A model generated the notes under the pieces. It was not told the DNA's origin and ran no database searches. It saw only the letters and a program-made list of their open reading frames with translations. DNA of 44,328 bases from a virus (lineage: Duplodnaviria > Caudoviricetes), in the IMG/VR virus record IMGVR_UViG_3300017589_000277, positions 1-44,328 of that record; one strand, 5' to 3'. The position numbers were made by a program, and so were the translations under genes. This document shows positions 35,831-43,119 of the stretch, in pieces (positions within the stretch are counted from its first letter, which is position 1; each line of letters opens with the position of its first letter).

Positions 35831-36718
35831 TTACTTCTTGCCGGAAAGAATGTCGGAGCCGTCTGCGTCTTCGGTTTCTGTGTCAACAGAGCCGGTAATC
35901 TCCGGCGCGTTTTCGACGTAGTTTGTACCGGAAGAAACATCTTCGGCAGTGTCGCTTTCGTATGCGGTTTGCATTTCGATTGACATGATGCCCCATTTGC
36001 TGATAAGTTGCCGAAGCATCGTTTTGAATGCCATTCCGTCAAAATCCTTGTACCAAAAAGAAGAATAACGCCACATGTCCGTTTCGGGAATCTTTCCCTC
36101 TTTCAGTTTCTTGTACTCGGAAAGTTTGAAGGCTTTGCTGTACTTGTCGGCATGAACTTCCATTTTTGCGCTGCTCCAGTACATAGCCTTTTTAAAGCCG
36201 GATATGTACTCAAACATTGCGTAATAGCCAATTGTTTTTGCGCTTTCGCGCGCCACCTCGTCTTCCATGAGTATGACATCAATCTCTTCTTCAAGCGGGT
36301 TGAATCCTACAAGCTCGCCCTCTTTGATTGCAAGCACGTTGATTTTCTTATAGTAGCCGGAGCGGATAGCAAGCTGAAGGTACCCCTTGTAGCCAAGTAC
36401 AAAAGTCGCAACCATGCGCTCCGGTCTGTCGTCTTTTGCTTTTTCCTTAAACGGTACCATGTAGTACTGCCCAAGCTGCGGGCTGGGGCTGAGTTTGAGA
36501 CTTTCGCCCAAAAGAGCGCAACTAAGGATCGTCGAATGATCGCAGTCTTGAAGTGCTGGGTTGACCGAAACAGCGGAAAGTATGCAAGAAAGAAATCTCT
36601 GCCCCTCTTTGCCGCCAAGCGTCTGATTGATTTTGTTTCTGACCGCGTCCTGTGCAAGAAACGTGCTGAATGTTTGCCTCGACGTCGCGGGAGCCAGTTT
36701 GTTGTTTACGTTTGCCAT
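35831..36718 (-). CDS. recT: RecT-family single-strand annealing protein
   Basis: SPSPQLGQYYMVPF; LGYKGYLQLAIRSG; FDGMAFKTMLRQL. Confidence 0.92.
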   Translation of the reverse strand: MANVNNKLAPATSRQTFSTFLAQDAVRNKINQTLGGKEGQRFLSCILSAVSVNPALQDCDHSTILSCALLGESLKLSPSPQLGQYYMVPFKEKAKDDRPERMVATFVLGYKGYLQLAIRSGYYKKINVLAIKEGELVGFNPLEEEIDVILMEDEVARESAKTIGYYAMFEYISGFKKAMYWSSAKMEVHADKYSKAFKLSEYKKLKEGKIPETDMWRYSSFWYKDFDGMAFKTMLRQLISKWGIMSIEMQTAYESDTAEDVSSGTNYVENAPEITGSVDTETEDADGSDILSGKK

Positions 36719-36730
36719 GTTGTTTTCTCC

Positions 36731-37630
36731 TTATTTAATGATTTCAAAATTGATGCCGTTGTTGTTAAGAAAGTCCCTCAACGCGGTAATTTGACTTTCC
36801 GTGCCGCGAACCTTGAACGATACCGCGCACATGCGTTGCGGTACTTCAATCGGTTGTTGCGGCTGTTCTGCGGGCGGTACGGGCACAACTGGAATAAATT
36901 CTTGCGCGACAGGCGTCGTGGCAGGCTTTGCTTGTTGAGCGGCAAGCATAGCTTGTCTTGCGGATTCTGCCGCTTCTTTTGCGGCTTTCGCGGCGGCAAT
37001 GCGCTTGCGATCGTCCTGCATGCGGGAATGTTCCATAAGCGCGCCGGAAAGGTTCAACGTGCGGAAATAGTAGGCTTTGAGCATCGCCTCGTCTTCGCTC
37101 TTTAGAGCCTCAATCGTGGCGATTTCGTTTTGAATCTGCTCAATCTTTGCATCAATCTCCGCGGTGCATTTTTCCATCGTAAAAGTTGAGTTCATCCACC
37201 GCGGATTCTCGATTTTCTCGAAAGAAACAAACTCCGACAGGCTTCCGACTTCGATCTTTTTTACAAAGTAGTCAACCAGTAAATCGCGCTTTTCTGCTTG
37301 CTTGCGGGCGTCGTAGTCTTTGACTTGCTTGTCAATCGTTTCGGACACGTTTCCGATCTCCTTCGTAATGCCGTCAACCTCTGCCTTAAAAGCGGTATAC
37401 GGCGCGTCCCACGACTTTTTGACATCAAGACGCATTTGGTCAAGCATTTTGACCGTGTTGTTAAGCGCGGCTCTGTCCGCCTTCGCCTCGGATATGGAAC
37501 TGTCATCGTAGGTCTTCCCGCGGTACTTTTCCAAAGATTCCTTGACAATCGCCATAAGTTCGGCGCCGTTCCAGTCGATAGACTTCGGAAGAAGCTCCTC
37601 GATCGGTTTTGTTAAACGTACTTCAAACAT
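36731..37630 (-). CDS. DUF1351-like coiled-coil protein
   Basis: WNGAEL...AKADRAALN...PYTAF...IDKQVK...WMN; between YqaJ and RecT. Confidence 0.8.
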   Translation of the reverse strand: MFEVRLTKPIEELLPKSIDWNGAELMAIVKESLEKYRGKTYDDSSISEAKADRAALNNTVKMLDQMRLDVKKSWDAPYTAFKAEVDGITKEIGNVSETIDKQVKDYDARKQAEKRDLLVDYFVKKIEVGSLSEFVSFEKIENPRWMNSTFTMEKCTAEIDAKIEQIQNEIATIEALKSEDEAMLKAYYFRTLNLSGALMEHSRMQDDRKRIAAAKAAKEAAESARQAMLAAQQAKPATTPVAQEFIPVVPVPPAEQPQQPIEVPQRMCAVSFKVRGTESQITALRDFLNNNGINFEIIK

Positions 37631-37649
37631 TTGTTTACTACCTCCAAAA

Positions 37650-38303
37650 TTAAAAAGATTTTATTATAAGATTCGGTTGTTTCCGGTGCGTTACGCAGTT
37701 CCAGAACTCCGTTTCTTTTTCGATAAGATATCCGATTTCGTCCTTAAAGTCTGCGGCTTTAATCGGATAGTGCCATGTGGAAAGCCGTGTTTCTCCGCTG
37801 TCGTCGGTGTTTTTAAGTTGCGCTTTCAGATACGCGTATGAAAATCCGGTAACCGCAAGATAGTGAAGAACCTGTATGAAATAATTCTGCGGAATCCCGT
37901 TCTTCCATTTCTCACGCGCCATTGACGCAAAAATAAGGCTTGTTTTTGTTTCCAAAATTCCCTTTTCTTTTGTCTTCTTTTCGGTAAGAAGTCCGTCCAA
38001 CGATGCAAACATAAACCCGTTATCATGGACGTACACAGTCTTTTTTTGTTGTGTGACCTTGTATTGAGGATAATCAAGGGCAAACAGCCCAACAAGATAC
38101 TTCTCTGCGTTCTTGCCGTACTCTACAGCCTCGGCACACGTTACGGTCTTAGGCGCGACCATGCCGCACTTTTCGCGCCATAAATCTACGTTTGTTTTGT
38201 AAGGATTCTCGCCGAATATAGCGGAAGCGTCAGAGCCACCGATGCCGTTTGTACGAAACGCAAGCCACTCCGGGCTGCCGTGTTGTAATGTTATCGTCTT
38301 CAT
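37650..38303 (-). CDS. YqaJ / lambda-exonuclease-family protein
   Basis: WLAFRTNGIGGSDA; ASLDG; LETKT; YFIQVLHYL. Confidence 0.92.
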   Translation of the reverse strand: MKTITLQHGSPEWLAFRTNGIGGSDASAIFGENPYKTNVDLWREKCGMVAPKTVTCAEAVEYGKNAEKYLVGLFALDYPQYKVTQQKKTVYVHDNGFMFASLDGLLTEKKTKEKGILETKTSLIFASMAREKWKNGIPQNYFIQVLHYLAVTGFSYAYLKAQLKNTDDSGETRLSTWHYPIKAADFKDEIGYLIEKETEFWNCVTHRKQPNLIIKSF

Positions 38304-38305
38304 AA

Positions 38306-38500
38306 TTAAATCACCGCACATTCAGCCACGTTGATTGTACGCAAAACAGGCACCGAAGCGGGTTGATCTCTCAACACGTCCCAATGCCGTCCAAAGAGGA
38401 AAAGAGCAGCTTTAAGAATTTGATCAGCGGTCTCGCCAATAATGCGCACCTGCTGTCCCGTAAAAGGATGAGAATCTCCAAATGTTATGTACCGTGTCAT
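38306..38500 (-). CDS. Hypothetical protein
   Basis: GGAGG RBS, start revised to MTRYITFG. Confidence 0.65.
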   Translation of the reverse strand: MTRYITFGDSHPFTGQQVRIIGETADQILKAALFLFGRHWDVLRDQPASVPVLRTINVAECAVI

Positions 38501-38586
38501 AGCTTGTTCCTCCAAGAATTTTGCTACGCGCCCCGAAGGGCGCCGCTCCCAGCCTAAAGCCTTTTGTACTGCCGGGACAGTTGTGG

Positions 38587-38790
38587 TTATCTTCCGCTAA
38601 ATAGCTTGCTAACTCTTACCCGCGCTTCTTCTCTGATAGCAGCGAAAAGATTTTCGCAAGAACGGTCAAACGTCTGCATGGTAGAAATAACAATCGCGTC
38701 AACGCCTTTTTGCCTTGCGGATTCATAAGGGTTTTCTTCCCTAATGCAGCCAGTGTCAGCATTTTTGCAGGGTTCTTGATAATCAGGCAT
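38587..38790 (-). CDS. Hypothetical protein
   Basis: AAGGAGG RBS. Confidence 0.65.
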   Translation of the reverse strand: MPDYQEPCKNADTGCIREENPYESARQKGVDAIVISTMQTFDRSCENLFAAIREEARVRVSKLFSGR

Positions 38791-38802
38791 AGGTACCTCC
38801 TT

Positions 38803-39018
38803 TTAGAATTTTTCAGGTGCCAACGCAAGTATGTATTTGTACTCGCGTCCGGTCTTGTTGTCGATAAGATTGACATTGATGGGCGCGTCGTAGTTATCGC
38901 GATAGCAAGAACAGCTTTTTACCGAGAAGTCTGTGTGGTGTTGGCTCTCGCAGCGCGCTACGGCGTCTTTGTCTTCTGATGTGAATCCGCAAAGGGTACA
39001 TCTGTAAAGTGTTATCAT
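38803..39018 (-). CDS. Small Zn-finger-like protein
   Basis: YRCTLCG...CESQH; GGAGG RBS. Confidence 0.7.
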   Translation of the reverse strand: MITLYRCTLCGFTSEDKDAVARCESQHHTDFSVKSCSCYRDNYDAPINVNLIDNKTGREYKYILALAPEKF

Positions 39019-39059
39019 TGATACCTCCAAAAAATATGTAACTCCGGCTATGCCGTGAA

Positions 39060-39238
39060 TCCTGTTGTTGTGCCCCTGTTGCCCTGCCGCCGCGGACTAA
39101 GATTTGCGGCGGCTAGGGTTGCAAGGGATGATAAGGGGAAATTATGAAGCGTTTCTTGTGTCCCGCTCCGGCTCCGCCGCCGTGTATACGATTACGACGG
39201 CGAAGTGGGTTGCGGGATGATAAGGAAGAAAATTATGA
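39060..39238 (-). ncRNA. Two tandem ~90-nt structured RNA units
   Basis: Each starts TCATAATTT(y)nCCTTATCATCCC..GCAACCC, contains a GC-rich hairpin and ends GGG(G/A)CACAA. Confidence 0.6.
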
Positions 39239-39239
39239 G

Positions 39240-39316
39240 TGGTGTCGGTGACAGGATTTGAACCTATATGCTTCCCTGTATTGCAGGGCGCTTTCGTCCC
39301 ATTAAGCTACACCGAC
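39240..39316 (-). tRNA. tRNA-like gene with non-canonical 5-nt anticodon loop and encoded CCA
   Basis: Acceptor GTCGGTG/CACCGAC-ACCA; D stem GCTT/AAGC; T arm ATAGG-TTCAAAT-CCTGT; anticodon arm CCCTG-CAATA-CAGGG. Confidence 0.8.
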
Positions 39317-39322
39317 GCGTTG

Positions 39323-39529
39323 CTATGCTTTTCTGTGCGCCTCGATCGAGTGCATGACATCTTCAGGGCTGATGCCGAACAGCTTTGCCACGGCAAAAAC
39401 CGTACCAGTGCGCGGGCTGCCCACAAGACCGGATTCCCATTTCACGATAGCGGCGGGGTCAATACCCAACTTCTCTGCAAGTGCCCTGCGGCTGTATCTA
39501 TTAAGTTTTCTAAGCTGTTGGAATGTCAT
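39323..39529 (-). CDS. XRE/Cro-like HTH protein
   Basis: SRRALAEKLGIDPAAIVKWESG...P. Confidence 0.85.
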   Translation of the reverse strand: MTFQQLRKLNRYSRRALAEKLGIDPAAIVKWESGLVGSPRTGTVFAVAKLFGISPEDVMHSIEAHRKA

Positions 39530-39834
39530 TGTTGTTCTCCAATTTTGTATCTGCTTTCGTAAAGACGGTCAAAAGATGCTTTACGCTTCATGTCATTTTC
39601 CGTAAACGCATAGAACGATGTGACTGACTGCGCGGTGCTTGACTTAGGTAATACCTTATAACCGCGCTGATTGATCTCAAGCAATAGTTCGTCGTCTGTA
39701 AGTTCTCTAGGTGCAATGCTGCGCGCTTTTTTCTTCGTGAATTTCGCGCTTGCAACCACTTCGCGCACCGTAACCGCGGTGGCTAGTATCATTGCGATTG
39801 AGGTTGCCATAACGGCAATAATGATCGGTTCCAT
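39526..39834 (-). CDS. N-terminal TM protein
   Basis: GGAGG RBS before MEPIIIAV; ELTDDELLLEINQRGY. Confidence 0.65.
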   Translation of the reverse strand: MEPIIIAVMATSIAMILATAVTVREVVASAKFTKKKARSIAPRELTDDELLLEINQRGYKVLPKSSTAQSVTSFYAFTENDMKRKASFDRLYESRYKIGEQQ

Positions 39835-39954
39835 GGTTCCTCCACGATGATAGCCCCGCGCCGGGTCACTGCTCATGCAGTAGTCGCGTAAATGGCACTA
39901 GGTTAAAAAGCGGTGCCCGGTTTGTCGCGGGTGCGTATCTTTAAGATGTTGGGG

Positions 39955-40452
39955 TTATTTTTTTGGCTCTATCGCGCCGCATTCTTTAACGCGGTGGAAT
40001 TGATTTGCTAACGGCAACAATGCATTTTGAGCTGCATTAATTTCTGCATCATCGCAATCGTGTGAGCATAAGTGATATATCAGCTGTATTGCCAATCTGC
40101 GGTCAATCTGCCATTGTAAACCACCGCACGAAAGGGGTATCCCGCAAAAATCAAGGTCTTTGCCGCGCATATCTGCTCGTTTAAGATGTAATGTTTTAAG
40201 GTTGGCACCGCTAAGGTTGGCACCGCTAAGGTTGGCACAGCTAAGGTTGGCACCGCTAAGGTTGGCACAGCTAAGGTTGGCACAGCTAAGGTTGGCACCG
40301 CTAAGGTTGGCACCGCTAAGGTCGGCACGGCTAAGGTTGGCACCGCTAAGGTTGGCACTGCTACCTTCCACATTATCTGTCCACCTAGATTCAAGCCACA
40401 ATTTATGGTCTTTAAGTATTTGCTCTAATTCCTGTTTGTCGATTACTCGCAT
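39955..40452 (-). CDS. Pentapeptide-repeat protein
   Basis: ILKDHKLWL N-terminus then (ANLSG/ANLSC)n. Confidence 0.9.
   Translation of the reverse strand: MRVIDKQELEQILKDHKLWLESRWTDNVEGSSANLSGANLSRADLSGANLSGANLSCANLSCANLSGANLSCANLSGANLSGANLKTLHLKRADMRGKDLDFCGIPLSCGGLQWQIDRRLAIQLIYHLCSHDCDDAEINAAQNALLPLANQFHRVKECGAIEPKK
40197..40363. repeat. 15-bp tandem repeat, about 11 copies
   Basis: GTTGGCAC(C/A)GCTAAG units. Confidence 0.95.
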
Positions 40453-40505
40453 TTTTCTACCTCCAATTTTTATTACGCAGCCCCTTTCAGAGCTGCCGCA
40501 CCTTG

Positions 40506-40703
40506 TTATTTGCGTTCAATAGCAAGGTCTTTCATAAGAGCCTCGCCCAGTTTGTGAAAGGAACGGAGCTTGTAGAGCATCTGACGCTCTTTGTAACGCT
40601 CCCGAAGCACACTTTTGGCAAGTTTGACGGCTTCGCTGTTTTGAAGCGTCTGAAACTCTGCGCGCTCCTCGTCGGTCAGCGGTATTACTTCTGTTGGGTT
40701 CAT
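40506..40703 (-). CDS. Hypothetical protein
   Basis: GGAGG RBS before MNPTEV. Confidence 0.65.
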   Translation of the reverse strand: MNPTEVIPLTDEERAEFQTLQNSEAVKLAKSVLRERYKERQMLYKLRSFHKLGEALMKDLAIERK

Positions 40704-40745
40704 GGGTTCTTCCTCCAAAAATTAGATTTTTTCGTGATATAATGG

Positions 40746-40934
40746 TTATATATTGAAAAACATTGCGCTTATATCGGCTTCGGGAAATGCTTTCTTCAAC
40801 TTCAACATAAATGCCCTTGAAGCCTCCCTGCTGCCTGATTCTATTTTTTCGTAGAACGATAAGCTCACACCGATTTTTTCGGCGATTTGCTGCTTCGTAA
40901 GATTAAGTTGTTTACGAAATTCTTTTAAGGTCAT
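40746..40934 (-). CDS. XRE/Cro-like HTH protein
   Basis: MTLKEFRKQLNLTKQQIAEKIGVSLSFYEKIESG. Confidence 0.85.
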   Translation of the reverse strand: MTLKEFRKQLNLTKQQIAEKIGVSLSFYEKIESGSREASRAFMLKLKKAFPEADISAMFFNI

Positions 40935-40955
40935 AAATTCCTCATTTTTTTGGTA

Positions 40956-40984
40956 TTGCAACCGCACAATATGTGTTATATAAT
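40956..40984 (+). promoter_or_regulatory. Sigma-A promoter for 41030..41209
   Basis: TTGCAA, 17 nt, TATAAT. Confidence 0.7.
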
Positions 40985-41029
40985 TCATTTGGCGGGCTTT
41001 CCCGACTACTGAATAAAGGAGGTAATGTT

Positions 41030-41209
41030 ATGGATAAGATTGATTTTGATAAGAAGAAAGAAATTTTGGTAAATGCAACTGTTGAAATTGTAAAAACTCT
41101 TATTGGCAATGGATGCATGCAAGCCGTCCACGACCCTAAAAACGTCAATGCGATTTCTTTAGCAATAGGCGTTGTTTATAACAAACTAAAAGAATGTTAT
41201 GATCAATAG
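41030..41209 (+). CDS. Small opposite-strand protein (59 aa)
   Basis: AAGGAGG RBS before MDKIDF; own promoter. Confidence 0.7.
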   Translation: MDKIDFDKKKEILVNATVEIVKTLIGNGCMQAVHDPKNVNAISLAIGVVYNKLKECYDQ

Positions 41210-41421
41210 TTCAAAAGCCTGTACCTGTCAAGTAAAGCAGGCAGTATAGCAAGCAAAGCGGGTTGAACGCCGTCAGCATTTTTAAGTGTCGTGAGAATAC
41301 ACCCTCTCAAGGCACTTTTTAATTCTTCATCGGAAATTTTGGAATCGGTAGAAACCGTTTCTTTGCCAAGCTCGTTGACTACCTCGTCAACGGCTTCGTT
41401 GATAATTTTGTTAATTTTCAT
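41203..41421 (-). CDS. Hypothetical protein
   Basis: GGAGG RBS; converges on 41030..41209. Confidence 0.65.
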   Translation of the reverse strand: MKINKIINEAVDEVVNELGKETVSTDSKISDEELKSALRGCILTTLKNADGVQPALLAILPALLDRYRLLNY

Positions 41422-41450
41422 ATTTCCTCCGAGGATAGATTCATTACCTT

Positions 41451-41473
41451 CCTTTATTCAGTTATTAAGGTTC
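41451..41473 (-). promoter_or_regulatory. boxA-like motif copy
   Basis: GAACCTTAATAACTGAATAAAGG. Confidence 0.6.
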
Positions 41474-41518
41474 ATACCGTCTTTCCGGCTGTCATATATC
41501 TGCTCTGTCGCCAGAGGG

Positions 41519-41707
41519 TTATACTTTTTTAATCTCAATCGTGTAGCCGAGAACATTTAAGACTTTCTCTGCTTTATCGATTGGAGGCTTGTCACCTCGG
41601 TAGTACCAGTTTTCTAGAGTGCGAAATGGAACTCCGGATTGCTTTGCAAGCGCCCTAAACGAAATGGAGCGGTCTTTTAATATATTAAGTAATAAACTAA
41701 GTACCAT
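41519..41707 (-). CDS. Cro-like HTH protein
   Basis: SFRALAKQSGVPFRTLENWYY...P...AEKVLNVLG. Confidence 0.8.
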   Translation of the reverse strand: MVLSLLLNILKDRSISFRALAKQSGVPFRTLENWYYRGDKPPIDKAEKVLNVLGYTIEIKKV

Positions 41708-41734
41708 TTATAGTGTTTCCTTAAAAGATTTTTG

Positions 41735-41763
41735 TTGACACTTAACCTAATCGGGTGTATACT
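41735..41763 (+). promoter_or_regulatory. Strong sigma-A promoter for YjzC-like gene
   Basis: TTGACA, 17 nt, TATACT. Confidence 0.8.
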
Positions 41764-41776
41764 GTGGTCATCAAGT

Positions 41777-41801
41777 GAACCTTGAAATCTGAATAAAGGA
41801 G
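41777..41801 (+). promoter_or_regulatory. boxA-like motif copy fused to RBS
   Basis: GAACCTTGAAATCTGAATAAAGGAG. Confidence 0.6.
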
Positions 41802-41810
41802 GTAAAACAT

Positions 41811-41996
41811 ATGGCAAAACAAACTGTTGTAAGACCGGGTCAAGATGCACCCGTTTCTGGGCAGTATGTTCAGCGAGGTCCTCGCGGTGGCATAAGCAAT
41901 ACGGAAGTTACGCTTGTAAAAGATAAAACCGTACCGCCTACATCGAAACCAAACTGCACATACGTTCTCGTTGACCCAACGATACACAAAGACTAG
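41811..41996 (+). CDS. YjzC-like protein
   Basis: RPGQDAPVSGQYVQRGPRGG...EVT...PPT. Confidence 0.85.
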   Translation: MAKQTVVRPGQDAPVSGQYVQRGPRGGISNTEVTLVKDKTVPPTSKPNCTYVLVDPTIHKD

Positions 41997-42071
41997 TCTG
42001 CGCAAGCAGCACCGATAGTCCGCTATCGCACCACCTTGGAGGAATTGATTTATGGACGCCATTTTTGGCAC

Positions 42072-42107
42072 TTAACCGCTTTGTTACAGCAGAGCGGTTA
42101 TTTTTTT
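42072..42107 (+). terminator. Intrinsic terminator after YjzC-like gene
   Basis: TAACCGCT...AGCGGTTA followed by T7. Confidence 0.8.
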
Positions 42108-42110
42108 ACT

Positions 42111-42135
42111 CTCCTTTATTCAGTTATCAAGGTTC
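42111..42135 (-). promoter_or_regulatory. boxA-like motif copy downstream of lytic promoter
   Basis: GAACCTTGATAACTGAATAAAGGAG. Confidence 0.6.
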
Positions 42136-42142
42136 GGGGCTG

Positions 42143-42201
42143 AAATCCGACTGTTAGTCTGATTTCGATATCATAGTATCATAATAAATTCCGACTGTCA
42201 A
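42143..42201 (-). promoter_or_regulatory. Early lytic promoter with operator-like sites
   Basis: TTGACA (42201-196), 17 nt, TGnTACTAT (42178-73); imperfect palindrome AAATCCGACT-GTT-AGTCTGATTT; TCCGACTGT repeated over the -35. Confidence 0.7.
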
Positions 42202-42271
42202 GGGGATTTTGGAAAATATTTCTAAATTATTTTGACTAATTTTCACCGTTGGTTTATATTGAAACAAAGGA

Positions 42272-42673
42272 ATGGTGAAAGAATTGATATACAAGACTAA
42301 ATCAGATGGAAACATTTACAAGGAATTAAGACGCAAAACTGGATTATCGCAAGAAGAAGCGGCATCAATGTTGAGTGTTGCAAGCACCGCTATTTCAAAA
42401 TGGGAGCGCGGTTTATCGTTACCAGACCAAAACAATCTTCCAAAGATAGCTGCTCTTTACGGTACCACCGTGGATTATCTGCTCACGGGGAAAGACGCAC
42501 CACAGCGCACCACGGAGCCTTCACCTGCGCGAGAAACGCTAGTACAAGACCTGTTTGATGATTTATCAGACCATGGCAAAGGCTTGATTTTAAGCGCATT
42601 TAAGGGCATATATTTGATTGAAAAAGGTGCGGTGCTTAATTTGCCCGCAAATCTACATAAATTGGAAAAATAA
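42272..42673 (+). CDS. CI-like XRE repressor (no S24 peptidase domain)
   Basis: LSQEEAASMLSVASTAISKWERG..LPD...IAALYGTTVDYLLTG; divergent from early genes. Confidence 0.88.
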   Translation: MVKELIYKTKSDGNIYKELRRKTGLSQEEAASMLSVASTAISKWERGLSLPDQNNLPKIAALYGTTVDYLLTGKDAPQRTTEPSPARETLVQDLFDDLSDHGKGLILSAFKGIYLIEKGAVLNLPANLHKLEK

Positions 42674-42693
42674 ATACATGAGGAGAAAAATAT

Positions 42694-43056
42694 ATGGGAT
42701 ACTTCAAAGAATTATCTAGATCGTTCAAGAAAACAAAATTAATGGGGGCTGCTTATGTTGACTTTTGGAAGCGCGAACCATTATGTGAGTTTATATTAAA
42801 AGATGAAAAATTTCAAAATGTAGTTTTTAACAATTTAGATATTGACATTGATAGTGACAAATTAGAAGAGATCATCGAAACATTAGATCATTGGGGAATT
42901 GGTACTTGCAAAGGAGACCTTTTACACATAGCTTCTATATGTTTTATCGAGCCGCTTATTATGTCGATAGCTTTAGTTTTTCCAGATCACGAACTAACAG
43001 AAAATGAAAAAAAGCAGGGACTTGAGTTAATTCGCGCATGGTTTTATACGCATTAA
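42694..43056 (+). CDS. Hypothetical lysogeny-module protein
   Basis: 120 aa, AT-rich, GAGGAG RBS, between repressor and integrase. Confidence 0.7.
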   Translation: MGYFKELSRSFKKTKLMGAAYVDFWKREPLCEFILKDEKFQNVVFNNLDIDIDSDKLEEIIETLDHWGIGTCKGDLLHIASICFIEPLIMSIALVFPDHELTENEKKQGLELIRAWFYTH

Positions 43057-43060
43057 CACA

Positions 43061-43089
43061 TTTACCTAATAATGTAATCAGTATATAAT
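43061..43089 (+). promoter_or_regulatory. Putative integrase promoter
   Basis: TTTACC, 17 nt, TATAAT. Confidence 0.5.
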
Positions 43090-43119
43090 TTACCTCCAAT
43101 CATTATCACGGAGGGAATT

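Noticed and set aside
35758-36042. N-terminal extension of ORF 35347..36042
   Set aside because: Overlaps recT; a strong RBS supports the start at 35757.
36008-37105. 365-aa + strand ORF
   Set aside because: Antisense shadow of recT and DUF1351 genes.
39125-39238. Direct repeats as a mini-CRISPR array
   Set aside because: Only two imperfect copies, a ~65-nt structured intervening sequence with shared features, and no cas genes.
39240-39316. Standard tRNA-Leu(CAA) or tRNA-Ile(AAT)
   Set aside because: No 7-nt loop with U33 can be drawn without breaking the stem, and there is no long variable arm for Leu.
40080-40522. Alternative-frame repeat ORFs (AVPTL)n and (RLAPL)n
   Set aside because: Open only because the 15-bp repeat has no stops; the pentapeptide frame has the RBS and family motifs.
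41742-42071. 109-aa - strand ORF opposite the YjzC-like gene
   Set aside because: No properly spaced RBS; overlaps a well-supported gene with its own promoter and terminator.
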